Shown: positions 8,273-16,970, counted from the stretch's first letter. The stretch: DNA of 64,000 nt from Pseudomonadota bacterium (GCA_021785515.1 JAJYEX010000006.1:32887-96886), one strand, 5' to 3'. Numbers and translations: made by a program. The notes: generated by a model not told the origin, from the sequence alone.

Positions 8273-9784
8273 TCAGCTGAGGAACAGACGGTAGGCAGGA
8301 TTTTGCGTCTCCTCGACAAATTCATAGCCGAGCTGCTCCAGGAACTCGCAGAATGCCGACTTCTCGGAAGGAGGAACCTGCATTCCAACCAGCACGCGTC
8401 CGAAATCGGCGCCGTGGTTCCGGTAATGGAAGAGACTTATGTTCCACGACTGACCCATTCGATCGAGAAAATTCATCAGCGCGCCCGGACGCTCGGGAAA
8501 TTCGAACCGGTAAATGATCTCGTGCAGCACATTAGGCGCATGACCGCCGACGAGATGACGAATGTGCAGTTTTGCCATCTCGTTGTCGGTCATGTCGAGG
8601 ACATCATAGCCCGCAGTACGTAGCCCGGTAACCAGGTCATCGGCCTCGCGTGCGCCCCGTATCTGGACTCCTACAAAAACATGGGCGCTGCTGGGACTTC
8701 CGTAACGGTAGTTGAATTCTGTAATCAGCCGATGACCGATGACCGAACAGAATTTCCGGAAACTTCCGGGCACTTCGGGAATGGTCACCGCCAGGATGGC
8801 TTCGCGCCGCTCGCCCACCTCGGAGCGCTCAGCCACGTGACGCAGGCGATCGAAGTTCATGTTGGCACCGGATGCGATTGCCACAAGCTCCCGGTCGCGC
8901 AGGCCTTCGCGGGTAACGTATTTCTTCAAGCCCGCAACTGATAAGGCCCCTGCCGGCTCGAGAATCGAGCGCGTATCCTCGAAAATATCCTTGATAGCCG
9001 CACAGATCTCGTCGTTGCTGACAAGTATGACCTCGTCGACGAACTGCTGCGCCAGCCGGAATGTCTCCTCACCGACCTGACGTACGGCAACACCATCCGC
9101 AAAAATGCCGACATGATCGAGCGTGATCCTGCTCCCTGCAGCCAGGGAACGGTACATTGCGTCAGCCTCTTCGGGCTCGACACCGATCACCCTGATGTCC
9201 GGACGCAGAGCCTTGAGATAGACAGCCATTCCGCCGATGAGCCCGCCGCCGCCCACCGGAACGAAGATGGCGTGAAGATTACGGGTATGCTGCTTGAGCA
9301 CCTCCGCGGCAACCGTCCCCTGGCCCGCTATGACATCCTGGTCATCATAGGGGTGTATAAACGTCAGCCCGCGCTGCTCGCCCAGGCGTCTGGCAAAAAA
9401 GTACGCGGCGTCGTAGTTATCGCCCTCCAGCACCACTTCGCCACCCAGACTGCGAACCGCATCGATCTTTATTTCCGGAGTCGTAACGGGCATGACAATC
9501 ACGGCATGGACACCGAGCTTCTTTGACGCCAATGCAACACCCTGGGCATGATTGCCCGCAGACGCGGCTATTACACCACGCGCCAGAATGTCGGCCGAAA
9601 GCGATGCCATCTTGGCATAGGCTCCGCGGCACTTGAACGAGAAAATGGGCTGCTGGTCTTCGCGTTTGAGCCAGACCTGGTTTCCCAGGCGGCGGGACAG
9701 ATTCGCAGCGAAATCGAGCGGAGTCTCCTTGGCAACCTCGTAGACACGCGTGGTGAGGATCTTTTCCAGATAGCGCTGCGGCAT
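8273..9784 (-). CDS. ilvA: Biosynthetic threonine ammonia-lyase (threonine dehydratase)
   Basis: 503 aa with a PLP motif FSFKCRGAY and two C-terminal ACT-like regulatory repeats. Typical full-length IlvA. Confidence 0.95.
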   Translation of the reverse strand: MPQRYLEKILTTRVYEVAKETPLDFAANLSRRLGNQVWLKREDQQPIFSFKCRGAYAKMASLSADILARGVIAASAGNHAQGVALASKKLGVHAVIVMPVTTPEIKIDAVRSLGGEVVLEGDNYDAAYFFARRLGEQRGLTFIHPYDDQDVIAGQGTVAAEVLKQHTRNLHAIFVPVGGGGLIGGMAVYLKALRPDIRVIGVEPEEADAMYRSLAAGSRITLDHVGIFADGVAVRQVGEETFRLAQQFVDEVILVSNDEICAAIKDIFEDTRSILEPAGALSVAGLKKYVTREGLRDRELVAIASGANMNFDRLRHVAERSEVGERREAILAVTIPEVPGSFRKFCSVIGHRLITEFNYRYGSPSSAHVFVGVQIRGAREADDLVTGLRTAGYDVLDMTDNEMAKLHIRHLVGGHAPNVLHEIIYRFEFPERPGALMNFLDRMGQSWNISLFHYRNHGADFGRVLVGMQVPPSEKSAFCEFLEQLGYEFVEETQNPAYRLFLS

Positions 9785-9926
9785 TGCGATAATTTACCAG
9801 AAATCCGGGCGTGGACGCAGTGCCGCCTTCGGCCGCCGAAGCTCAAGTCGTTCCGGGACCCTTGTTTTGTAGTCCGTACAAACGGTATTCTCGCCATGCA
9901 CAAGTGCCAACAGGGGACCTGCGAGA

Positions 9927-10583
9927 ATGACACCGGACGAAATGAAGAAGGCGGCTGCATTCGCAGCTCTCGAATACGTCGGCAGTGGCGGCATAATCGG
10001 GGTTGGCACCGGCTCAACCGCCAACCACTTCGTTGATGCACTGGCTACCATCAAGGGCCGGATTGACGGGGCCGTTGCAAGCTCCAACGCCACCGCCGAA
10101 CGGCTGAAAAAAAACGGGATCCCGATTGTAGACCTCAATGCCGCCGGGACCCTCAAGCTCTACGTTGACGGTGCTGACGAAGCCACCAAGCATCTGCATT
10201 TGCTGAAAGGTGGCGGTGGCGCCCTGACGCGTGAAAAGATCATTGCGGCGGCTAGCGACATCTTCGTGTGCATCGCAGATGAGTCAAAACTCGTGGATGT
10301 GCTTGGGCGATTTCCGCTTCCCGTAGAAGTCATCCCCATGGCGCGCAGCTATGTTGCACGCGAAATAGTCAGGCTTGGCGGCGAACCCGTATTCCGGCAG
10401 GACTTTGTCACCGATAATGGCAATGTCATTTTGGATGTTTACAACCTCGAGATTCTGAATCCGGTCGAGACCGAGCAAACGCTTAACCAGATCACCGGCA
10501 CGGTCACCAATGGGCTGTTTGCACAACGCCCGGCTGATGTGCTGATTCTCGGTACCGGAGCCGGGACCCGGACACTAAAGTGA
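9927..10583 (+). CDS. rpiA: Ribose-5-phosphate isomerase A
   Basis: 218 aa with [24 protein letters not shown] and [13 protein letters not shown]. Confidence 0.95.
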   Translation: MTPDEMKKAAAFAALEYVGSGGIIGVGTGSTANHFVDALATIKGRIDGAVASSNATAERLKKNGIPIVDLNAAGTLKLYVDGADEATKHLHLLKGGGGALTREKIIAAASDIFVCIADESKLVDVLGRFPLPVEVIPMARSYVAREIVRLGGEPVFRQDFVTDNGNVILDVYNLEILNPVETEQTLNQITGTVTNGLFAQRPADVLILGTGAGTRTLK

Positions 10584-10594
10584 ACGACCGGGAC

Positions 10595-11986
10595 TCAGAT
10601 GAACCGGCGGTTGATCTGAATATTGAGTTTCTTGATGCGATGCCATAGGCTGCGTTCGGAAATCCCCAGGCGTTTGGCGGCATGCACCTGGACCCCCCCG
10701 CAATCCTCCAGAGCCTTAAGAATCGCGCGGCGCTCAACGTCGGCCAGCCAGCTGTCCAGATCCTGATTCTCGGCGCGGTCTCCCGTGCAACCGGCTGTCT
10801 GCCCGGAAATTGCAGCGCCCCGTACTGCTTCCGGAAGATCCCGAGGCCCTATCTCGCTACCCCGGCACGAGAGCAGCGAACGCTCGACCGCATTGCGCAA
10901 TTCGCGGACGTTTCCGGGCCACGGATAGCGCGCCAGGACCTGAACCGCCTCAGGGGTAAATCGCCGCACTGGCTTGTCCGTTTCCCGTGATATTTCACGC
11001 AGAAAGTATTCGGCAAGCAGCTCGATGTCGTCTCCCCGCTCACGCAAGGGCGGCACCACAATGTTGTATACATCTAGCCGGTAGAGCAGGTCCTCCCTGA
11101 ATTTTCCTTGTCGCACCAGCTCCTTGAGATCACGGTTGGTTGCAGCAAGAAAGCGCACGTCGGCGCTGCGCACCTGATCGCTGCCGACTGGAGAAAACTC
11201 ACGCTCTTGAAGGACGCGCAACAGCTTTGCCTGGAGCGCGGGCGCCAGGTCGCCGATTTCGTCAAGAAACAGGGTTCCGCCCTGCGCCTGCTCAAGCCGG
11301 CCCAGACGGTTTTGGACCGCACCGGTGAAAGCACCCTTGACGTAGCCGAAGAGCTCGCTTTCCATAAGGTCATGGGGAATCGCCGAGCAGTTGATGGCCA
11401 CCCAAGGATACGGGCATCTCGGACTGTTTTCGTGGATCGTGCGCGCCACCAGCTCCTTGCCGGTTCCGCTTTCGCCCGTGATCAGCACACTGGTACGGTA
11501 TGGCGCGACTAGGCGCACCTCATCGAGCAGACGCTGGAGCGCCTGGCTTATCCCGATCAGGCGCGGGCGAACCAACACTTCGGACACCGTCTCCTTCAAT
11601 CTCTGATTCTCATGGAGGATATCGCGAAGCTTAGTTGCATTGTGGACAGTGATTTCGAGGTCTTCGGGCTCGAAAGGCTTGGTCAGGTAATCAGTCGCCC
11701 CCGCGTTGATGCTCTGTACCGCGGATCGAATGGTTCCATGCGCGGTGACCACGATAACCGGCACATCCGGCCGCTCCAGGCGGCAGATTCGAATGAACTC
11801 CTCTCCACCCATTCCTGGCATCCTGAGGTCCGACAGCACCACGTCGAGGTTGGGGTTGGTCAGGTGCGCAATACCCGCCTCTGCGTTATCGGCAAGCATC
11901 ACTTCATAACCGGCGCTCTCCAAGATCATGCGGATCACGGTCTGCATGTTTTGCTCGTCATCAACAACGAGAACGGTTCGCTTCAT
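10595..11986 (-). CDS. Sigma-54-dependent two-component response regulator (NtrC/ZraR family)
   Basis: Receiver domain (VLVVDDE...DVVLSDLRMPGMGG), AAA+ domain with Walker A GESGTGKE and the sigma-54 contact motif GAFTGA (VKGAFTGAV), and a C-terminal Fis-type HTH (AAKRLGISERSLWHRIKKL). Confidence 0.9.
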   Translation of the reverse strand: MKRTVLVVDDEQNMQTVIRMILESAGYEVMLADNAEAGIAHLTNPNLDVVLSDLRMPGMGGEEFIRICRLERPDVPVIVVTAHGTIRSAVQSINAGATDYLTKPFEPEDLEITVHNATKLRDILHENQRLKETVSEVLVRPRLIGISQALQRLLDEVRLVAPYRTSVLITGESGTGKELVARTIHENSPRCPYPWVAINCSAIPHDLMESELFGYVKGAFTGAVQNRLGRLEQAQGGTLFLDEIGDLAPALQAKLLRVLQEREFSPVGSDQVRSADVRFLAATNRDLKELVRQGKFREDLLYRLDVYNIVVPPLRERGDDIELLAEYFLREISRETDKPVRRFTPEAVQVLARYPWPGNVRELRNAVERSLLSCRGSEIGPRDLPEAVRGAAISGQTAGCTGDRAENQDLDSWLADVERRAILKALEDCGGVQVHAAKRLGISERSLWHRIKKLNIQINRRFI

Positions 11987-11995
11987 GTGGATCGT

Positions 11996-13780
11996 CTAGG
12001 CATGGGTTGGAAATGACATGGCGAACCGGGCGCCGCTCCTGCCGGGCTCGAGCACCCTTAATCTTCCGCCGTTTACTTCTACGAGCGTATTGGCGAGCGA
12101 CAGACCAAGCCCCGTACCACGTTCCTTAGTGGTAAAGAACGGCTCGAACAGACGCGGCATGACTTCCGCCGGAATGCCGGGTCCGTTGTCTTCCACGGAT
12201 ACTGTTACCTCACCGGCCTTTACCTCGGTCACGACCTCCAGCTGCCCTCCCGAGTCCCCCATCGCCTGCAGCGCGTTCGTGAGTATGTTTGCCCACGCCT
12301 GCTGCAGCAGGCCGGCATCTGCCATGATGCGTGCAGATCCGTGACCTATTCTCTCATGCACCCCGACGGCGACGTTTCCTGCCAGTGCGGCAGCAAGCGC
12401 CCGCTTTAGTGGTACCAATGGATCAATCGGTGCGGACTCTGGATGCCGGCGCCGCGAGAGCTGCAGAAAATCCTGCACGAGACTTCCAACCCTCATGCTT
12501 TCCTCGCGGATCATCCGCAGCAGCTCCGCCTTCTTTTGTGGAGCCAGATCCGGTTTCTCCATAAGCGCCGATGCGCTGTTAATGACCCCGATCGGATTGC
12601 GGATTTCGTGGGCCAGAGAAGCGGAAAGCTCGCCCAGGGCGGCAAGCTTGTCCCGGTGAAATCTCTGCTGCTGTTCGTCGCGCGCCTCGCGCAAGCTTCC
12701 AGCCATGGCATTGAAGGCCTTGGCTAGATCGCCGACCTCATCGTCGGATGTCACCGGAACGGCAGCATTGAAATTCTGTGCCGCAAGCTGCATAACGCCA
12801 TCACGCAGGTGCTCCACCGGCCGTACGACAAGGCGGCTGAGCAGATACCCGGTGACAACACCGAACACTACACCGATAAGGGAAATGCCGGAAAAGAGCA
12901 TCAGACGGCTGGTTAGCACTTCCTCATATCCCGCACGCTTGAGGCCGTTGAAGATTACCGCCTCGACCCGGCCGTCGTTAGTGATGACCGGGGTGTACTG
13001 GCCCCTGAAATCGGCGTTTTCAGCCTTGACGCTGTAGTAGGGCGTGCGCCGCGACTGCAGCCGCTTCATCAAGTATGGCGGGAGGCGTCTGAATGATTTC
13101 CGTCCTGCATTGGAAAACATGTCCCGGTAAACATCTCCATCGCGGTAATACAGCCGCGTCGTGAGGCCCGTCAGACGAGATAGTTCATTGATAAAATTCC
13201 GGCCAAGAAAACTTCCCATGACCAGATAGTACCGGGTCGGCCCGCGCGCCGGCACGCGCGTGATGCCCACTGCCACAAGCTGTGCACGCCCGCCCTGGTT
13301 TACCTTTAGCACAGCCTCGGTCTGAACTTTGTCCCACATGGTGCGCATGCCCATCGGCCGCGAGGAATACACCAGGGTCTGGTCACCGCTGTAGATCTGA
13401 ATGAAGCTTATCCCCATCTCCCGAGCCATGTGCACAAGCGAGGGTTCGACGGGATTCGGGTCGCCCGCATTGAGTCGGGCCAGAAAAGCGGGGTCCTGAG
13501 CCAGGATGCCGCCGAACATTACCGCATCATTCTGGTAGGCACGCAGCCAAGTCTGATCAACCCGCGCGGCATCGACGATATAGTGCTTCAGTCGTTCCTC
13601 AAAGCCCGAAGACACCCACTCGGAGGCCAGCATGGCAGCACCCAGCATTGGGACCACGATGATCGCCAAGATCAGCAGCAGCACTTTGCGCTGAAGACGA
13701 TTGAGGTGGAAGGATTCCGGGCGCACAAAGGTTCCTGTTTTCGAGTAGTCTACAAAATTTGGAGTTTGCGAGGGATCCAT
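11996..13780 (-). CDS. Sensor histidine kinase with a large periplasmic sensing domain, HAMP, HisKA and HATPase domains
   Basis: 594 aa. Two TM segments flank a roughly 270-aa extracytoplasmic domain. HAMP (DEVGDLAKAFNAMAGSL), H-box SLAHEIRNPIGVI, and G-boxes DNGPGI / GTGLGLS. The gene lies 9 nt upstream of the response regulator gene. Confidence 0.85.
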   Translation of the reverse strand: MDPSQTPNFVDYSKTGTFVRPESFHLNRLQRKVLLLILAIIVVPMLGAAMLASEWVSSGFEERLKHYIVDAARVDQTWLRAYQNDAVMFGGILAQDPAFLARLNAGDPNPVEPSLVHMAREMGISFIQIYSGDQTLVYSSRPMGMRTMWDKVQTEAVLKVNQGGRAQLVAVGITRVPARGPTRYYLVMGSFLGRNFINELSRLTGLTTRLYYRDGDVYRDMFSNAGRKSFRRLPPYLMKRLQSRRTPYYSVKAENADFRGQYTPVITNDGRVEAVIFNGLKRAGYEEVLTSRLMLFSGISLIGVVFGVVTGYLLSRLVVRPVEHLRDGVMQLAAQNFNAAVPVTSDDEVGDLAKAFNAMAGSLREARDEQQQRFHRDKLAALGELSASLAHEIRNPIGVINSASALMEKPDLAPQKKAELLRMIREESMRVGSLVQDFLQLSRRRHPESAPIDPLVPLKRALAAALAGNVAVGVHERIGHGSARIMADAGLLQQAWANILTNALQAMGDSGGQLEVVTEVKAGEVTVSVEDNGPGIPAEVMPRLFEPFFTTKERGTGLGLSLANTLVEVNGGRLRVLEPGRSGARFAMSFPTHA

Positions 13781-13808
13781 CTGGCGTCACCAGCTATCGA
13801 ATTCTTTA

Positions 13809-13821
13809 TAAGACATTGATT
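13809..13821. promoter_or_regulatory. IHF-consensus site between the kinase gene and the sigma-54 promoter
   Basis: TAAGACATTGATT is the reverse complement of WATCAANNNNTTR with every specified position matching. It is centred about 60 nt upstream of the predicted sigma-54 start site, in the only AT-rich patch of the locus. Confidence 0.3.
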
Positions 13822-13850
13822 ATAAACAATAGTATAAGCAAGTCCCAATT

Positions 13851-13866
13851 TGGCACGTGGATTGCT
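13851..13866 (+). promoter_or_regulatory. Sigma-54 (-24/-12) promoter
   Basis: TGGCACgtggaTTGCT is an exact match to TGGCAC-N5-TTGCW. It lies about 85 nt upstream of the GTG of the small His/Arg-rich ORF and is divergent from a sigma-54 activator operon. Confidence 0.7.
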
Positions 13867-13951
13867 TTTAGCCACCCAGCAAGGATGGACTGAAGTTAGC
13901 TCCGTCCATCCGGCATGCAGTCAGAAACGTCAACTGTTTGAGGATAAATAC

Positions 13952-14164
13952 GTGAAAAAGACTCTGTTGGGCCTCATAGCCCTCGCGTTGGTAGCCGTGT
14001 CCGGTAACGCTGCGATCGCTGCGCCCGTGGTTAAACACAAAGCCGAGCATCGGCTTGTGCACAGAAGGGTGGTGCACAGACGGATAGTTCGTCACCGCAT
14101 CGTTCACCGGCGCGTGGCGAAAAAGGTCGGGCACAAGAAGATGGTTGCCCACCACAAGAAGTAA
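13952..14164 (+). CDS. Secreted 70-aa His/Arg/Lys-rich mini-protein with HRR(V/I)V pseudo-repeats
   Basis: GTG start preceded by GAGGA. Sec signal peptide VKKTLLGLIALALVAVSGNAAIA|AP. The 47-aa mature part is APVVKHKAEHRLVHRRVVHRRIVRHRIVHRRVAKKVGHKKMVAHHKK. A strong hairpin follows. The longer track ORF from 13850 would include the promoter itself. Confidence 0.6.
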   Translation: MKKTLLGLIALALVAVSGNAAIAAPVVKHKAEHRLVHRRVVHRRIVRHRIVHRRVAKKVGHKKMVAHHKK

Positions 14165-14225
14165 TTGCTTCAACCGCCGGTATAGACCCCGGTCTGGGGA
14201 CTGCTTTACGCAACCGGCGACCAGT

Positions 14226-14263
14226 CAGACAGGGCGGCGGGAAATCGCCGCCCTGTCTGCTTT
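14226..14263. terminator. Intrinsic-terminator-like hairpin between the convergent mini-protein gene and trxC
   Basis: Perfect 14-bp GC-rich stem CAGACAGGGCGGCG / CGCCGCCCTGTCTG with a 6-nt loop, followed by CTTTCC on the plus strand. Confidence 0.6.
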
Positions 14264-14341
14264 CCAAACGTCAACGGCGCAGGTACCTTAGCGCCTGGTA
14301 ACACCCATCTGCCCTGCATCGGTTTCCTGGGGCATGTACAC

Positions 14342-14776
14342 CTACACATGCTGCTCGATCCACGATTGCAGGCCGCGCGGGTCAAGCGCACCTGACACTC
14401 TGGCGGCTTCGCGCCCATCTTTGAAGAGAATCAACGTCGGAATTCCGCGGATGCCATACTCGCTCGCGAGGCCCTGTTCGACGTCGGTATCCACCTTGGC
14501 GAACTGGACACGGCCAATCATCCGAGCCGCAGCTGAGGCGAATACCGGGGCCATCACCTTGCACGGTCCACACCATGGCGCCCAGAAATCCACAAGCAAT
14601 GGAATATCACCATGCTGTGCGTGCCGATGAAAATTGCCCGCCTTTAGCTCCAGAGGCCGGCCTTCGAACAACACACCATGACAGACTCCACACTTGGGCT
14701 GATCCCGAATGCGGTCTTCGGGCACCCTGTTCAATCCTTCGCAATGCGGACACACAACCACTTTTGGCGAAGCCAC
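14342..14776 (-). CDS. trxC: Thioredoxin 2 (zinc-finger thioredoxin)
   Basis: N-terminal CPHC...CGVC zinc-finger pair, WCGPC active site, and GIRGIPTLILFKDG. The start is placed at the GTG at 14776 by analogy with the length of E. coli TrxC. The track ORF extends to 14863. Confidence 0.85.
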   Translation of the reverse strand: MASPKVVVCPHCEGLNRVPEDRIRDQPKCGVCHGVLFEGRPLELKAGNFHRHAQHGDIPLLVDFWAPWCGPCKVMAPVFASAAARMIGRVQFAKVDTDVEQGLASEYGIRGIPTLILFKDGREAARVSGALDPRGLQSWIEQHV

Positions 14777-14975
14777 GGAACAATACCCCACAAATATTGC
14801 CTGCTTGGAAAATGGGGGCAGTGGGGTGGATTTTCCACACTGGACGAGGCGGGAGCAGCACAAACGGGGGCCCGAAGGGTCCCCAGCCCGGATCTTTGGC
14901 TTTCGATTGACTCTGGCGCCTCTTGGAAGGGGCCCGGCGGGGACCCCTTCGCACGCAAGCAGCTTGCGGAAGCGG

Positions 14976-15671
14976 TCAGCGGCGGCGGGTGCGCCCAGCC
15001 CTGCCCTTCGACCGCGGCATGGACTTCTTGCCGGCAGGCTTTTTCGCCGCCTTTTTCTTCACAGCCTTTTTGGCCACAGCGGACCTAGCCTTGACGGCAA
15101 GGGCTGGGGATTTCGCCTCTCGAGACGCGGCGCGTTTGGCAGTCTTGGCAGTCTTGGCAGTCTTGGCAGTCTTGGCAGTCTTGGCAGTCTTGGCAGTCTT
15201 GGCAGTCTTGGCAGTCTTTCTTGGCTCAGACAACACAATGGACTTGATCCTGTCGGCAACCAGACTGAGATATCTGCGATTGGTCGCCATGTGTTCGATC
15301 GCCGCTTGCGCCATGTCGGACGCCGTTTCGTCCGTCCTGAACTGGCGAAATGCCATTTCGATCAGACTGTCCTCGTACGCGCGGGACCGCGCCGTCTCAG
15401 GTCCGGCGGTCGCAAGCAGCGTACGGAGCGTGTCCACTGAGCTGAGATGAATCTCGTAAAGTCTCTTCGCGCGTTCCGCACCAACCCAGCTTATTGGCGT
15501 CCAGTGGTCACCACCAGACCCGGGGTTGCCCAGATAATCTTGCCAGACTGTGATCGCCTCTTCGCAGTTTGACGCAAGCGACCCCAGGCATTCTGCTATC
15601 CGGTCACGATCCGCGGAGCGCTCCCGGCTCCAGCCCTTTACAACAGCAACGACATCGTCAATACCCTTCAT
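14976..15671 (-). CDS. Hypothetical protein: unknown roughly 150-aa N-domain, (Thr-Ala-Lys)x9 repeat, and a histone-H1-like Lys/Ala-rich tail
   Basis: 231-aa ORF with a balanced N-terminal composition (MKGIDDVVAVVKGWSRERSADRDRIAECLGS...). This is followed by PRK(TAK)9RAASREAKSPALAVKARSAVAKKAVKKKAAKKPAGKK. The competing plus-strand frames read GSLGSL.. or LAVLAV.. within otherwise Arg/Gly-rich junk. Confidence 0.7.
   Translation of the reverse strand: MKGIDDVVAVVKGWSRERSADRDRIAECLGSLASNCEEAITVWQDYLGNPGSGGDHWTPISWVGAERAKRLYEIHLSSVDTLRTLLATAGPETARSRAYEDSLIEMAFRQFRTDETASDMAQAAIEHMATNRRYLSLVADRIKSIVLSEPRKTAKTAKTAKTAKTAKTAKTAKTAKTAKRAASREAKSPALAVKARSAVAKKAVKKKAAKKPAGKKSMPRSKGRAGRTRRR
15135..15215. 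repeat. Tandem 9-bp repeat (CTTGGCAGT x8 perfect, plus one TTTGGCAGT variant), in frame within the CDS
   Basis: Direct reading: tttggcagt followed by eight identical cttggcagt units, 81 bp in total, encoding TAK x9 on the minus strand. Confidence 0.95.
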
Positions 15672-15830
15672 GCAATCCTCCCCGAGCGACGATCGAACAA
15701 CCCGATCAACTCATGATAACGGTCAGCGATATCCCCTAGCAACTGAGATGTCACAGTCCTGCCGCTATGCAAGAGATGGACGGATTGTTACCATCAAAAA
15801 TATTTCCGACACTCTGCGAAATGTAGGAGC

Positions 15831-16970
15831 GTGAGGCTGGGCATGATTGAAATGGAACCCGAGCCGGGATCAGGGTTCATCCAGGCATTACAGCCTATTA
15901 CGACATTGAGTCCCCTGCGTATCGAGGAACTGAAACCGCTGTGCCACATGGAGAGTGTTCCTGCAGGCATGACACTTTTTCGTGAGGGGGAAGCTGACCA
16001 CCAGACCATCTACCTGTTACTGGGCGAGGTGGTCTTGAGCAGCACGGCCAATGAACTCAGCTGTGTGCTGACGGCACCCGGAGACAGGGGTGAGCCGGAT
16101 CGGCTGTTTCGTCCCATAGCCGACCAGCAACCGCGCCGGCTGTCCGCGATGGCGATCACCCGTCTCGATATCATGCGAGTCGACAGCGAGCTGCTGGATA
16201 TCCTTGTTACATGGGACGCGCTCGCGCGCTGCCAGGCAGCAACATCGATCAGCTCCGGTACCCAACCCGGCGTCAGGCATGACTGGATGGGCAATGTCCA
16301 GCAATGCCTTGCATTCCGCAGCCTGCCCGCACCCAGTCTAGCCATGCTCGGCGTAAAGCTGGAGCCGGTTGCGGTGCGCGCTGGGCAAGTCGTGGCCCGC
16401 GAAGGCGATCGCGCCCGCGACTATTATCTGATTGAAAACGGTACGGCAACCATGACCCGCGAAACCGACGGTCTCGGCCCAGCCGATACGACAACGCTGG
16501 GTCCCGGGGCAGGATTTGGCGGGGAAAGCCTGGCGGATGAAGAATGCAGCTGGCAGGCCAGCGTTGCCATGGACACACGCGGCACCCTGCTCCGCTTGGC
16601 CCGCGCCGATTTCGTTGATTTGAGGCGAATACCGTTGCCGAACAGCCTGTCCCCTTCCCAAGCCCTGTCGAAGACCGCGTCGGGGGCGGTCTGGCTCGAC
16701 GTCCGAGAGCTGGAAGAGTCGCCGGACTCCCTTCTGCCGGACGCCCATCACGTGCCCCTAGACACGCTCTGCCAAGTAGCCGACAGTCTGGAACAGGGCC
16801 GCGAATACATCTGCTGCTGCAATACCGGCCGGCGCAGCGCGCTGGCGGCCTACCTCCTCGGACAGCGTGGCCTGGACGCCTACGTGCTGGCCGGAGGGCT
16901 AAGGAGTGTGCCCGAAGGCTTCGGGGTTGTGGCTCATGACAGTATTCCAGCCACAAACCAGTCAGGATGA
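15831..16970 (+). CDS. Protein with two cyclic-nucleotide-binding domains and a C-terminal rhodanese domain
   Basis: GTG start. Two CAP-effector-like segments (VPAGMTLFREGEADHQTIYLLLGEVVL and VRAGQVVAREGDRARDYYLIENGTA...GFGGESL). A rhodanese module follows, with active-site loop CCCNTGRRS and AVWLDVRE. Confidence 0.8.
   Translation: MRLGMIEMEPEPGSGFIQALQPITTLSPLRIEELKPLCHMESVPAGMTLFREGEADHQTIYLLLGEVVLSSTANELSCVLTAPGDRGEPDRLFRPIADQQPRRLSAMAITRLDIMRVDSELLDILVTWDALARCQAATSISSGTQPGVRHDWMGNVQQCLAFRSLPAPSLAMLGVKLEPVAVRAGQVVAREGDRARDYYLIENGTATMTRETDGLGPADTTTLGPGAGFGGESLADEECSWQASVAMDTRGTLLRLARADFVDLRRIPLPNSLSPSQALSKTASGAVWLDVRELEESPDSLLPDAHHVPLDTLCQVADSLEQGREYICCCNTGRRSALAAYLLGQRGLDAYVLAGGLRSVPEGFGVVAHDSIPATNQSG

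Noticed and set aside
15121-15230. Possible CRISPR-like or minisatellite array.
   Set aside because: The unit is only 9 bp, has no spacers and lies in frame inside a CDS. It is a coding tandem repeat, not a CRISPR array.
14709-15450. Plus-strand ORFs translating the 9-bp repeat as (GSL)n or (LAV)n (243 aa and 175 aa).
   Set aside because: Outside the repeat they are Arg/Gly/Pro-rich junk without start context. The minus-strand 231-aa frame has a balanced N-domain and a coherent basic tail.
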